Assembly (NCBI GenBank): GCA_902543855.1
Contig: CACBZW010000001.1
Location: 8,979-72,978 of the forward strand
DNA: 64,000 bases
Reading direction: 5' to 3'
DNA from: an uncultured Alphaproteobacteria bacterium
GTDB taxonomy: Bacteria; Pseudomonadota; Alphaproteobacteria; HIMB59
Shown here: positions 51,055 through 61,717 of the stretch, one piece after another
How positions within the stretch are numbered: position 1 is the first letter of the stretch
How the letters are laid out: each line of letters begins with the position of its first letter
Position numbers and translations under genes: made by a program
The notes under the pieces: generated by a model
What the model was told of the DNA's origin: nothing
Database searches by the model: none
What the model saw: the letters and a program-made list of their open reading frames with translations, nothing else

Positions 51055-52051
51055 GCCTTGCGATTTTCATGTACATCTAAGAGAGGGCCAACTTTTAAAA
51101 TACGTATTAAAAGAAAATAATAAAAATTTTCAAAAAATTTTAGTTATGCCCAATTTAATAAAGCCAATTACTAATAAAAATATTTTATCAAAGTATAGAT
51201 CCTTCGTCTTAAATAATAATAACAATACTGAAATTCTTTTTACAATCTATTTAAACCAAGACTGCTCTATTATTGATTTAAAAAATATGGTTAATGAAAA
51301 ATTATTTTTTGCAGCTAAATTATATCCTCTTCATGCAACTACTAATTCTTCATCAGGAGTAAAAGACATCAAAAAAATGTCTAAATATTTCGAATTTTTA
51401 GAAAATAATAAAATACCATTATGCTTGCATGGTGAACACATTCATGAAAATGATGATCCTTATGAGCGTGAAAAAAGATTTCTTGATTTTGAATTATCTT
51501 GGTTAGTAAAAAATTTTAAAGGTTTAAAGATAACTTTAGAACATATAACAACTAAAGATTCTGTAGATTTTGTAAAATCGCACAAAAACATTGCAGCTAC
51601 TATAACAACACATCATTTACTTGAAAATACAAACACTTTTCTTGGAAATTTTTTAAGACCAGAAATATTTTGTAAACCTGTAATTAAAAGTGTAAATCAC
51701 CAAAAATCATTATTAAATGCCGCTCTTTCTGGCAATTCAAAATTTTTCTTTGGTTCTGACTCAGCTCCACATCTTAAAAATCGCAAATTTAATGAGTTTT
51801 GTTGTGCTGGTGTATATTCCACAAAATATTCTGTCTCAAATATATTGGAGCTCTTTTACACCTCAAAAAAGTCAAATAATTTAAATAAATTTTTGACAAT
51901 TAATGGATGTAAACATTATAACCTTAAGTTTGATAACACTCTAATTTCATATTCTAGAAAAAAAGATTTCACATTTAAAAAATACTCTAAATTCAAAAAC
52001 GATAGTTTAATTAACTATAATCACTTTAAAAATTACTGGTCTAAAAACTAG
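51038..52051 (+). CDS. pyrC: Dihydroorotase
   Basis: DFHVHLR; KLYP; HGE; EHITT; GSDSAPH. Confidence 0.95.
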   Translation: MLKIFKPCDFHVHLREGQLLKYVLKENNKNFQKILVMPNLIKPITNKNILSKYRSFVLNNNNNTEILFTIYLNQDCSIIDLKNMVNEKLFFAAKLYPLHATTNSSSGVKDIKKMSKYFEFLENNKIPLCLHGEHIHENDDPYEREKRFLDFELSWLVKNFKGLKITLEHITTKDSVDFVKSHKNIAATITTHHLLENTNTFLGNFLRPEIFCKPVIKSVNHQKSLLNAALSGNSKFFFGSDSAPHLKNRKFNEFCCAGVYSTKYSVSNILELFYTSKKSNNLNKFLTINGCKHYNLKFDNTLISYSRKKDFTFKKYSKFKNDSLINYNHFKNYWSKN

Positions 52052-53079
52052 ATTAGAACTTTTGTAAAATGGCCCATTTTTCTGCCAGTTTTGGACTCTT
52101 TTTTGTGATAATCATGAAAATATTCATTTTCTTTGAATGATTTCCCACGATAGTTATAAATATCGTCCCCTAGAATATTTATCATTTCAGATTTAGATTT
52201 TAATGAAGGCTCTACCTTTTCAAGATCACATACAGATCTGATATGAGACTCAAATTGACTAACATTGTATGACTCAATACTTAAATGTCCTGAGTTGTGA
52301 ACTCTGGGAGCTATTTCATTTAATAATAATTTTTTTTCTTCATTTATAAAAAATTCTAAACAAAAAGTTCCAACATAGCTTATTTTTTCTGCAAAATTAT
52401 AAGCATGGTTTGTCGCTTCTTTAATGATCGATTTCTCTGAGTTAGCTGGTGAAAATGATTTGAAAAGAATTTGATTTTTATGAATATTTTCAATTGGTTG
52501 ATAGGTAAAAATAGTACCATCTTTATACCTGACAGCAATGATAGAGATTTCTTGTTGTAAATTAATTTTTTTTTCCAAAATATACTCATTATTTGGTATG
52601 TCAGATATATCTTTATAACTATTAATTACTATTTGGCCTTTACCATCATATCCAAGTTTGCGAGTCTTCAATATTGCAGGAAAAAATTTAGGATCAACTG
52701 ATTTTAAATCAGATGTATTGTTAATTTCCATATAGGGAACAGTAGGGATATTAATCTTATTTACATAATTTTTTTCAGTTAATCGATCTTGAATAATTTG
52801 ATTAATTTCAGAACTAGGTGAAATTTTAATCTTTTGTTCAATATATGATAAAGTTTTAAAAGGGATATTTTCAAACTCATAAGTCACAAAATCACATTTT
52901 TTAATAAAATTATCTATCTCGTGAAAATCATCATACTTTTTTATTAAGAAGTGATTTGCATATTTAATTGCTGGGGAGTCATCAGTATCAGAGTATATAA
53001 AAGTTTGAATATTTAATTTACTAGCCACTTGGCATAACATCATACCTAATTGACCTCCACCTAAGATACCGATGATCAT
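52048..53079 (-). CDS. purK: N5-CAIR synthase
   Basis: GGGQLG; GYDGKGQ; NEIAPRVHNSGH; RKMGH. Confidence 0.96.
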   Translation of the reverse strand: MIIGILGGGQLGMMLCQVASKLNIQTFIYSDTDDSPAIKYANHFLIKKYDDFHEIDNFIKKCDFVTYEFENIPFKTLSYIEQKIKISPSSEINQIIQDRLTEKNYVNKINIPTVPYMEINNTSDLKSVDPKFFPAILKTRKLGYDGKGQIVINSYKDISDIPNNEYILEKKINLQQEISIIAVRYKDGTIFTYQPIENIHKNQILFKSFSPANSEKSIIKEATNHAYNFAEKISYVGTFCLEFFINEEKKLLLNEIAPRVHNSGHLSIESYNVSQFESHIRSVCDLEKVEPSLKSKSEMINILGDDIYNYRGKSFKENEYFHDYHKKESKTGRKMGHFTKVLI

Positions 53080-53567
53080 TATCTAGGTGTCTTTTTAACT
53101 TTTTTTGTTTGAGCCAGTCTCCATTTTACTAAACTTCTTTCAATATTGGGGTCATAATTACTAATAATTGAAGCTGCATATAATGCAGCATTTTTGGCTC
53201 CATTTTCACCAATAGCCACAGTTCCAACTGGAATGCCAAAAGGCATCTGAGCTATTGAAAGTAAACTATCTAAGCCTTTTAGTGTTTTTGACTCAATTGG
53301 TACCCCGATTACTGGAATATGAGTTATAGCTGCTATCATGCCTGGTAAATGAGCAGACCCACCAGCTCCAGCAATAATAATCTTAATACCTCTGTCATAA
53401 GCTTGTTCAGCATACTCATAGAGTCTTTTGGGAGTTCTGTGAGCTGAAACTATTTTTTTTTCATGGACAATCTTTAATTCTTTTAGAATTTTACCCGTAT
53501 GCCTAAGTGTGGACCAATCGCTTTGGCTTCCCATTACTATTGAGATTTTAGGGATAGATATTTTCAT
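53079..53567 (-). CDS. purE: N5-CAIR mutase
   Basis: MGSQSD; SAHRTP; AHLPGM. Confidence 0.97.
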   Translation of the reverse strand: MKISIPKISIVMGSQSDWSTLRHTGKILKELKIVHEKKIVSAHRTPKRLYEYAEQAYDRGIKIIIAGAGGSAHLPGMIAAITHIPVIGVPIESKTLKGLDSLLSIAQMPFGIPVGTVAIGENGAKNAALYAASIISNYDPNIERSLVKWRLAQTKKVKKTPR

Positions 53568-54334
53568 TTTTTTGAAAACTTTTTTTCAGTGATTTTGAAG
53601 TAAAGTTTATAAGGCAATACTTTACCAAATTTCATTATAGAATTAAAAGGAAAAGGGAAGGATATTTCAAAACCTTTTTTATATATTTTACTATAAATAA
53701 TCCTAGCTGCATCTTTGGGTGACATTAAATATGGCATTTTAAATGAATTTACTTTTGTAGCAGGAGTTTCTACAAATCCTGGACAGATAAGTTTTACATT
53801 GAGATTATCATGCATTTCAGATTTTATAGCCTCGGCTAGATTAATTAAAGCCGCTTTTGAGGGTCCGTATAAAATAGATTTTGGGAGACCCTTATACCCA
53901 GCTGTGGAGGACATTATTGCCAAGGTATAATTTGAATTTAGCTCGAAATTTTTTTTTATTAGCTCTATTGATAAATAAATACTTAAAACATTGGTATCAA
54001 AAGTTGCCTTTGCATTTTCAAAGTTAAAATCATTTAGACTATCGGGGATATAAATACCTGCATTTAAAATAAATGTACTAATATTTGCATTTTTTTTAAA
54101 TACCTCATCTATAATTAGCTTACTTGAGTCGAAATTTGATAAATCTGTTTTTACAAACTCAAATTTTGGATTATCAATTGTTTCATTTGGTATTTTGGTA
54201 TCATCTCTTGCTAAGCCTATCACATTCCAGCCTTGTCTGAGATACTCTTCACATAGTGCGTAGCCAATCCCACTACTAGCACCTGTTATAAAAACTACTC
54301 TATCTTGTGTATTCTTTGATGAATTTTTTTGCAT
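53564..54334 (-). CDS. SDR family oxidoreductase
   Basis: TGASSGIG; NAG; YGPSK. Confidence 0.9.
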   Translation of the reverse strand: MQKNSSKNTQDRVVFITGASSGIGYALCEEYLRQGWNVIGLARDDTKIPNETIDNPKFEFVKTDLSNFDSSKLIIDEVFKKNANISTFILNAGIYIPDSLNDFNFENAKATFDTNVLSIYLSIELIKKNFELNSNYTLAIMSSTAGYKGLPKSILYGPSKAALINLAEAIKSEMHDNLNVKLICPGFVETPATKVNSFKMPYLMSPKDAARIIYSKIYKKGFEISFPFPFNSIMKFGKVLPYKLYFKITEKKFSKK

Positions 54335-55787
54335 TAGATATATGAGTACTAATTTTAGACTTGTCCATTTTATTTACAGTATAGTACATCATAGAGAGTC
54401 TCTGATTAGTTTTAAAATAATTTTTATTTTTATATATAAAATTCCAATATAAACCATCTAATGTTTGTGTCCAATCTCCCCGACTATAATTACTCATCTT
54501 TAGTAAGTAATTTGAACCGCATAAATATGGTTTTGTTGCAAAAATACCTCCATCGCTAAACATCCCCATCCCATAGACATTTGGTGTCATAACCCAATCA
54601 GATGAGTCAATGAATGTCTCCATAAACCATTTATAAACTTCAGATGGCTTTAATCCAGCTAAGTTCATTATATTACTAATTATCATCAATCTTGGGATAT
54701 GGTGAACATATCCACTTTTTTTTAAATTTAATATCATGTCATTTAAAATAGGAATGTTTGTTGTACCCTCATACCAATGTTTTGTTAATTTTCTGTCATT
54801 TCCAAAAAAGTTACCTTTATTAAAATCTTTATAATAGTGAATATTTAAGTATCTCATAAATTCTCTCCAACCAAAGACTTGTCTAATAAAACCTTCGTAA
54901 TTATTGATGCCAACTTTAGTATATGAAAAAGAGCTCAATTTATTGAGCACTTGTTCTGGTGTTATTAAACCTATATTTAATGGTGCACTAATTATGCTAT
55001 GATTAATGTACGGATCACTGGTGCTCACAAAATCTTCGTAATGTCCAAAGTTTTCAAGTTTACTGCTAATAAAATTATCAAGAACTTTAGATGAGTCTTT
55101 AAAATTCATTGGAAATATTATTTTCTTTTCCAAATTTCCAAAGTGTTTTGAAAAAAATTTATCAATTAATTTTTTTATTTCCTCAAAATATTTTGACTCA
55201 AATGTATAAGATTTAGGACTTTGATAACCTTTAGGAACTCTTTTTCTATTATCCTCATCGAAACTCCACTTATCTCCAATAGGTTTATTGTCTTTTACAA
55301 ATATTTGAAAACTTTTCCGAACATTGCTATAAAAATTAGCAAGTTGAGGTTTTTTTGTAGTAACCATATCTTTATAATCGGTTCTACTAACAAGGAACAT
55401 AGGAGATTTATGAAAAATTAGTTCAATTTTGCTATTTTTACAAAATTGCTCAAATTTAATTCTGAATTCTAAGTCTTCTATTTCGAAGATATTAATTTTA
55501 GGAATATTTTTTTTACTTAAGAAGCTTTTTAGACCAGCAAAATAGTCTTTGAAATTAGAAATATTTTTATCAAGAGAAATATAATTTACTCTAAAATTAT
55601 TTTTTTTTAGATAGTCCCTGTATTCCCTCATTGATGCCAAAAAATAATAAATTTTTTGTTTGTGATGTTTAAAATAACTACAAAGGCCCATATCCTCTTG
55701 TATAAAAAAATCACATGAGTTTTTAAATTCTGTTAAGTACTTCTTATCAAATAGTTGATTTCCAAGAACTACAAAGCATTCCTTCAT
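54300..55787 (-). CDS. Cryptochrome/photolyase family protein (BCP/DPRP type)
   Basis: LGNQLF; HHKQK; WSFDEDNR; EGFIRQVFGWRE; HHIPRLM; TKPY. Confidence 0.9.
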   Translation of the reverse strand: MKECFVVLGNQLFDKKYLTEFKNSCDFFIQEDMGLCSYFKHHKQKIYYFLASMREYRDYLKKNNFRVNYISLDKNISNFKDYFAGLKSFLSKKNIPKINIFEIEDLEFRIKFEQFCKNSKIELIFHKSPMFLVSRTDYKDMVTTKKPQLANFYSNVRKSFQIFVKDNKPIGDKWSFDEDNRKRVPKGYQSPKSYTFESKYFEEIKKLIDKFFSKHFGNLEKKIIFPMNFKDSSKVLDNFISSKLENFGHYEDFVSTSDPYINHSIISAPLNIGLITPEQVLNKLSSFSYTKVGINNYEGFIRQVFGWREFMRYLNIHYYKDFNKGNFFGNDRKLTKHWYEGTTNIPILNDMILNLKKSGYVHHIPRLMIISNIMNLAGLKPSEVYKWFMETFIDSSDWVMTPNVYGMGMFSDGGIFATKPYLCGSNYLLKMSNYSRGDWTQTLDGLYWNFIYKNKNYFKTNQRLSMMYYTVNKMDKSKISTHISNAKKFIKEYTR

Positions 55788-55797
55788 TTTGTTTTTA

Positions 55798-56499
55798 TTA
55801 TTTTGTGATTAAAGTTGATCTTCCACCATCAAGTTGGAAGTTTTGTCCTGTAATCCATGATGATTTTTTAGATACCAAGAAAGAAGCCAAATTACCTATG
55901 TCATCACCTGTTCCAAGTCTTGACATAGGGTGAAGTTTTCCAATTCCTTCAGCAACCTTTTCATTAGAAACCATAAAATTTGACATTTTGGAAAAAGATA
56001 GGCTAGGAGATATTGTATTAAATCTTATCTTCGGAGCATAGTCTGCGGCTAAAGAATTTGATAAACCAATTAATGCACTTTTTGCAGAGGAGATTGCTGT
56101 ATGATTTTTAAAACCTCTAACAGCTGCTATTGATGAAAAAAATACTACTGAAGATGAATCCGACATTTTAGTTATGCAATGATTGAGGAAATGAACGATA
56201 TTATAAAAATTATCATTCATTATTTTTTTAAAATCATCAACAGAGGTGCTTGAGAAAGGTTTTAAGTTTATCGAGCCAATGGCAAAGATTATGCCAGATA
56301 TTTCGTAGTTAATTGATTTGATGAAACTTTCTGTATTCGTGTAATCATTAATATCTAGAACATTTTTTTCAAAATTACCTTCAACATCACTATCAAATTC
56401 GCTTCTTGATATTAGAACTAAATCATTATCATCTTTTAGGTTGTTAACACATGATTTGCCAACAGAACCATTTGCACCAATAACTAGAATTTTACCCAT
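55798..56499 (-). CDS. SDR family oxidoreductase (atypical)
   Basis: GANGSVG; GSINLKP; ISSAK in place of YxxxK; WITGQ..LDGG. Confidence 0.85.
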   Translation of the reverse strand: MGKILVIGANGSVGKSCVNNLKDDNDLVLISRSEFDSDVEGNFEKNVLDINDYTNTESFIKSINYEISGIIFAIGSINLKPFSSTSVDDFKKIMNDNFYNIVHFLNHCITKMSDSSSVVFFSSIAAVRGFKNHTAISSAKSALIGLSNSLAADYAPKIRFNTISPSLSFSKMSNFMVSNEKVAEGIGKLHPMSRLGTGDDIGNLASFLVSKKSSWITGQNFQLDGGRSTLITK

Positions 56500-56531
56500 G
56501 AAGTTTATACAAAATGTAACCCTAATTAGAT

Positions 56532-57551
56532 TTAATTCTTAAGTATTTGAAGGCTATAACAAGTAGCTGATACAAACAATAAAGTGCCTATTATTTGATG
56601 GATAGAACCCAAAAAGACTTGAACATTACTCAAAACAACAAAAACACCAATAAATAACTGAATTAAAACTAGAAATAGCAAAATCAGGAAATGGATTTTT
56701 TGATATTTATTTTCAATTCCCTTAAAATGTTTAAAGCACATATAAAGAATTGTTAAAAATGATAAATAAGCTAAGGCTCTATGAAAAAAATGTATGAAGA
56801 TACTGTTATCAAAAAAACCAAAAAGTCTATCCTCAATAAAAATTAAATTTTCAGGAATGTAATTATCTCCCATTTTGGGCCAAGTATTAAATGATTTTCC
56901 AGCATCTAAACCAGCCATAAAAGCACCGTAAATTACTGTAAAAAAAATTATTATATTAAAAAAAATAAAAAAAGTTTTATGTGAGCTAAAGTTATTTTTA
57001 TAAATTCCAATATCAAGCCTTTTCAAGAAAAGATAAGCAATTAAAGAGAGAATTATTTGAGCTATAATTAAGTGAACGGCAAGTCTTAAATGGCTAACGT
57101 ATGGATTAACATCTAATCCACTTTTTACCATCCACCATCCGATAATACCTTGTGCCCCTCCAAGAAAAAGAAGAAATGAATATGAGTATAACTCTTCATT
57201 AGAAAAGTATTTTTTCAAAGCAAAGTAAATAAAAGGGATGATAAAAATAATTCCTATTAGTCTTCCCAATACTCTATGTCCATATTCCCACCAAAAGATG
57301 TATTTAAACTCTGATAGTGTCATGTTTATATTTTTTATTTGATATTCAGGATATTGCTTATAGTCTTCAAAAACTTTTAACCAATCTCCATGGGATAAAG
57401 GGGGTATTGTTCCCATAAATAATCTCCAATCAACCATGGACAAACCAGACTCAGTTAATCTTGTCAAACCACCAACAATGATCATCAGCAATATAATTGA
57501 CATGAGACTTACAAGCCAAAGACTTATCTGAAAATTCTCGGATTTATACAT
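56532..57551 (-). CDS. ctaA: Heme A synthase COX15/CtaA
   Basis: GGLTRLTESGLS; WEYGHR; GWWMVKSG; HFFHR; HQ. Confidence 0.93.
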   Translation of the reverse strand: MYKSENFQISLWLVSLMSIILLMIIVGGLTRLTESGLSMVDWRLFMGTIPPLSHGDWLKVFEDYKQYPEYQIKNINMTLSEFKYIFWWEYGHRVLGRLIGIIFIIPFIYFALKKYFSNEELYSYSFLLFLGGAQGIIGWWMVKSGLDVNPYVSHLRLAVHLIIAQIILSLIAYLFLKRLDIGIYKNNFSSHKTFFIFFNIIIFFTVIYGAFMAGLDAGKSFNTWPKMGDNYIPENLIFIEDRLFGFFDNSIFIHFFHRALAYLSFLTILYMCFKHFKGIENKYQKIHFLILLFLVLIQLFIGVFVVLSNVQVFLGSIHQIIGTLLFVSATCYSLQILKN

Positions 57552-57659
57552 CTAATCTAAATTTATAATTTTTTAGAATATATTTAGTATATTAATTTTA
57601 GTCGCATTAAGCCTCTCTAACTGATAGATCTTATAGACTAAATATTTAAAAATTTCAAA

Positions 57660-57977
57660 ATGACATATCATATTAACGTTATAGATCATGAGGGTTCACC
57701 TCATAAAGTTGAAGCAACAGTTGGTTTTTCAATAATGGAGATTATTAGAGACGCTGGATTAGATATTGAAGCTATATGTGGGGGTTGTTGCGCTTGTGCT
57801 ACCTGCCATTGTTATGTCGATGAAAATTGGTTAGAAAAAATATCAAAAGCTGATGACGATGAGGAATCTATGCTTGACCAAGCTATGGATATAAAAAAAA
57901 ATTCAAGACTCTCATGTCAAATTCCATTTACAGAAGAGCTCAATGGTATTACTCTAACATTAGCACCTAAATTTTGA
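57660..57977 (+). CDS. 2Fe-2S ferredoxin (adrenodoxin-like)
   Basis: CGGCCACATCH...SRLSCQ. Confidence 0.93.
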   Translation: MTYHINVIDHEGSPHKVEATVGFSIMEIIRDAGLDIEAICGGCCACATCHCYVDENWLEKISKADDDEESMLDQAMDIKKNSRLSCQIPFTEELNGITLTLAPKF

Positions 57978-59521
57978 CTGATTATAACTCATATAAATCC
58001 TGGCCATTTAATGAAGCAAAAAAAATTATAAAACGCTTTGAAAAAAATAACACCAAAGACAAAATAATCTTTGAAACTGGCTACGGCCCATCCGGCTTAC
58101 CTCATATAGGTACTTTTGGGGAAGTGCTAAGGACAAATATGGTAAGATTTTGTTATGAAAAATTGACTGGTAAAGAGACTGACCTCATAGCATTTTCTGA
58201 TGATATGGATGGCTTTAGAAAAGTCCCTGATAACATCCCTAACAAAGAAAAATTATCTAACTACCTTGATTACCCTTTGACATCCGTCCCAGATCCTTTT
58301 GAGTTGTTTAAGAGTTTTGGTGAACATAATAATTCAAAACTTAAAGATTTTTTAAATAGATTTAATTTGCCTTTTTCTTTTCAAAGTTCAACAGATGCTT
58401 ATAAATCAGGATTGTTCAATGAAACAATAAAGAAAATTATAAAAAATTATGATGAAATTAATAATGTAGTTCTTCCGACACTTGGTGAAGAAAGAAGAAA
58501 ATCTTATAGTCCATTTTTTCCAATTAGTGAAATAACTGGTAAAATATTGCAAGTTCCAATTGAAGAAATTAATAATGAAGAATTTACTGTTTCATATTAT
58601 GAGGACGGTGTATTGAAATCTAAATCAGTTTTAGATGGCAATTGCAAACTTCAATGGAAAGTTGATTGGGCAATGAGGTGGGCTGCTTTTGGTGTAGATT
58701 ATGAAATGTGTGGTAAAGATTTAACAGAGAGTTATACCCTATCATCAAAGATATGTAAGATAATCGGTTCTAAGCCTCCTGAAAATTTAATTTATGAACT
58801 TTTTCTTGATGAAAATGCTGAAAAAATTAGTAAGTCAAAAGGCAATGGTATAAGCATCGATGATTGGCTTAAATACTCTATTGAAGAGAGTTTGGCCATG
58901 TTTATGTATCAGAGACCAACAACTGCAAAGAAACTCTATTTTGATGTAATACCTAAAAACACCGATGAATACTTATCGCATGTTAACAAATTAGAGTCCG
59001 ATGATCTAAATCCAGATAACCCTGCTTGGCATATTCATAAAGCTGAAAATCCATCATATAAATCAAAAATTAATTATAGTTTAATCCTAAATATCATATC
59101 AGTTTGCAAGTCTGAGGACCCTAATGTGATTTTTGGTTTAATAAAAAATTATCAATCTAATTTTAGCAAAGCGGAAACTGATCTTATTAATAGAATGATT
59201 GATTGTGGTATTAATTATTTTAGGGACTTTATACAACCAAATTTAAACTTTAAAATTCCAAATTCTGAAGAATTAATTATACTTAAAGAAGTTGTGTCTA
59301 AATTAAAAGAAGTAGAGTCTTCGGCTGATGCAGATGAATTTCAAACTGCAATTTTTAGTGTTGGAAAAAATTCTGTGTATAAAGAGAATATTAAAGAATT
59401 TTTTAAACTTATTTATCAAGTTGTTTTTGGTCAAGAGAATGGGCCAAGATTGGGCTCATTTACTAAAATTTATACAAAAGATAAAACTCTGGAGTTGTTC
59501 AACTCGAAGCTAAATGTATAA
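57974..59521 (+). CDS. lysS: Lysine--tRNA ligase, class I
   Basis: ETGYGPSGLPHIGT; KISKSKGN; GPRLG. Confidence 0.95.
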   Translation: MTDYNSYKSWPFNEAKKIIKRFEKNNTKDKIIFETGYGPSGLPHIGTFGEVLRTNMVRFCYEKLTGKETDLIAFSDDMDGFRKVPDNIPNKEKLSNYLDYPLTSVPDPFELFKSFGEHNNSKLKDFLNRFNLPFSFQSSTDAYKSGLFNETIKKIIKNYDEINNVVLPTLGEERRKSYSPFFPISEITGKILQVPIEEINNEEFTVSYYEDGVLKSKSVLDGNCKLQWKVDWAMRWAAFGVDYEMCGKDLTESYTLSSKICKIIGSKPPENLIYELFLDENAEKISKSKGNGISIDDWLKYSIEESLAMFMYQRPTTAKKLYFDVIPKNTDEYLSHVNKLESDDLNPDNPAWHIHKAENPSYKSKINYSLILNIISVCKSEDPNVIFGLIKNYQSNFSKAETDLINRMIDCGINYFRDFIQPNLNFKIPNSEELIILKEVVSKLKEVESSADADEFQTAIFSVGKNSVYKENIKEFFKLIYQVVFGQENGPRLGSFTKIYTKDKTLELFNSKLNV

Positions 59522-60557
59522 TTTAGCTCATCGTATTCTCAAAAAGCTAGATCCAGAATTATCGCATAATATATCTATAAAAGCTCTCAAATTAGGTATT
59601 TATCCTAAAATTAGATATAAAAATACAGAAATCCTTGAACAAACAATATGGGGAAGAACTTTTAAAACTCCCATAGGTTTATCGGCAGGTTTTGATAAAA
59701 ATGCAGAGGTGATAAATCCAATATTAAATTTAGGATTTAGTTTTACTGAGTTGGGAACAGTGACTCCTTTGCCTCAAAGTGGCAACCCAAAACCTAGAAT
59801 TCATAGGTTCCCTGCACAAAATGCATTAATAAATTCTTTAGGGTTTAATAATAAAGGTATGGATGTATTTGAAAAAAATATCAATAACTCAAACCTAAAA
59901 GAAAACTTCCAAGATAAAATCATTGGCATAAACATCGGTAACAATAAAGATACCGTAGAAATTTTAGATGATCTCAAAAAGCTTTTCGATAGACTGTATA
60001 GACTTGGTGATTACATTGTAATCAATTTATCTTCACCAAATACACCTGGATTGAGAGATAATCTTAAATCTCAAAATTTTGAAAAGATTGTTACAAATAT
60101 TCATAGGCTAAGAGATGAGAATAACTCAAAAATCCCTGTTTTATTCAAGATTTCACCAGATATTTCTGATCAGGATAAAAAGGATATTTCATTGATTTCA
60201 CTGGCAAATGATGTGGATGGGCTAATACTGACTAACACAACAATTAATAAATCTATGGTTAATGAAAAGTTAGAGGGAGGAGTAAGTGGTAGACCACTAT
60301 TTCTTAAGTCAAATGAATTAATTAGAGATTTTTATACTCTTACTTCAGGAAAGATTAAAATTATAGGAGTAGGGGGTATTTTTGATGCCAATGATATTTT
60401 AACTAAAATGAAATTAGGGGCCTCCTTAATCCAAATATATAGTAGTTTTACATATGAAGGCCCTTATCATGTAAAAAAAATGACTTACGATCTAATAAAT
60501 TTAATTCAACAACAAGGATTTAGAAATATTTCTGAGGTAATAGGACAATACTCTTGA
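59514..60557 (+). CDS. pyrD: Dihydroorotate dehydrogenase (quinone)
   Basis: AGFDKN; GNPKPR; NLSSPNTPGLR; TNTT; GGVSG. Confidence 0.96.
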   Translation: MYNLAHRILKKLDPELSHNISIKALKLGIYPKIRYKNTEILEQTIWGRTFKTPIGLSAGFDKNAEVINPILNLGFSFTELGTVTPLPQSGNPKPRIHRFPAQNALINSLGFNNKGMDVFEKNINNSNLKENFQDKIIGINIGNNKDTVEILDDLKKLFDRLYRLGDYIVINLSSPNTPGLRDNLKSQNFEKIVTNIHRLRDENNSKIPVLFKISPDISDQDKKDISLISLANDVDGLILTNTTINKSMVNEKLEGGVSGRPLFLKSNELIRDFYTLTSGKIKIIGVGGIFDANDILTKMKLGASLIQIYSSFTYEGPYHVKKMTYDLINLIQQQGFRNISEVIGQYS

Positions 60558-61375
60558 AATCTATTTCTTCTTTTAAAAAAGTTATTAATGATTATGAATA
60601 TTTTCTTTTTGATCAATGGGGTGTTTTACATAATGGAAGTATCAAGTTTCCTCTAGCAGAAGAATGTTTAAGTTTTTTAAAAAAGAAAAATAAATGTGTC
60701 ATCTTAGTATCTAATTCATCAAGACCAACAGAATTTTCTATAAAAAATTTAGATAAATTAGGTATAAGCAATAATTTGTATGATTATTGTATCACTAGTG
60801 GGCAAATAGCATTGAATTTTTTAGAAAAAGATATTTATAATAGATATGGAAAAAAATGTTTCCCTATAAAATTACCGAAAGAAAAAATAAATTATTTTAA
60901 TTTAGACTGTACTAATAACATTGAAAAAGCAAATTTTGCAATGATTGCAGATTTAAAAGATGGGTTAACAATTTTAGATTTTGCGGAAGAGCTAGATAAA
61001 ATGTTAAAATTTAATTTACCTTTGTTATGTGCTAACCCAGATTATTTAGTTCACAATAAAAATAATCTCTCTATGTGTGGTGGCACTATAGCAAATTTAT
61101 ACTCAGATTTAGGTGGAATAGTATTTAGATACGGCAAACCTCACAAACCTATTTATGAAAACATAATGAAGAATTTTAAAATAAAAAATAAAAACAAAGT
61201 TTTAGTAATTGGAGACTCTCTTTGGCATGATATAGATGGTGGTAACAAAATGAAATTTGATACACTTTGGATTAAAAATGGTATTCATAGATCCCAATTA
61301 AATAACGGACCAGAAATCAAAGATTTAATTAAACAGTACAAACCAAAATATGCAATAAGTGACCTAAAACTATAA
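60554..61375 (+). CDS. HAD subfamily IIA hydrolase (TIGR01459-like)
   Basis: DQWGVLH; ANPD; GKP; GDSLWHDI. Confidence 0.88.
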   Translation: MKSISSFKKVINDYEYFLFDQWGVLHNGSIKFPLAEECLSFLKKKNKCVILVSNSSRPTEFSIKNLDKLGISNNLYDYCITSGQIALNFLEKDIYNRYGKKCFPIKLPKEKINYFNLDCTNNIEKANFAMIADLKDGLTILDFAEELDKMLKFNLPLLCANPDYLVHNKNNLSMCGGTIANLYSDLGGIVFRYGKPHKPIYENIMKNFKIKNKNKVLVIGDSLWHDIDGGNKMKFDTLWIKNGIHRSQLNNGPEIKDLIKQYKPKYAISDLKL

Positions 61376-61423
61376 GAAACTATTATTGTAAAAAAGAAAC
61401 TTTTGTAATATAACACTCATCTC

Positions 61424-61717
61424 ATGTCTAGATCTTGCGATATAACTGGAAAAAAACACCAAACTGGTCATAACGTCAGCCATTCTAATATTAAGTCTAA
61501 AAGGCGCTTTATGGTTAATTTAAACAGTGTCACTCTATTCAGTGAGTCTTTACAAAGAAAATTTAGACTAAGAATAGCCTCATCTACACTTAGAACTATA
61601 GATAAACATGGAGGTTTAGATCAATATTTAAATAAAACCAGTTCACGATCTTTAACCGATAAAGCCTTAAAAATCAAAAAACAAATCGAAAAAAACATTA
61701 GCAAAAAAGCTAGCTAG
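61424..61717 (+). CDS. rpmB: 50S ribosomal protein L28
   Basis: MSRSCDITGK; GHNVSHS; GGLD. Confidence 0.96.
   Translation: MSRSCDITGKKHQTGHNVSHSNIKSKRRFMVNLNSVTLFSESLQRKFRLRIASSTLRTIDKHGGLDQYLNKTSSRSLTDKALKIKKQIEKNISKKAS

Noticed and set aside
57974-59521. Class I LysRS (and thyX) as unusual acquisitions
   Set aside because: Both are widespread in alphaproteobacteria and unremarkable here.
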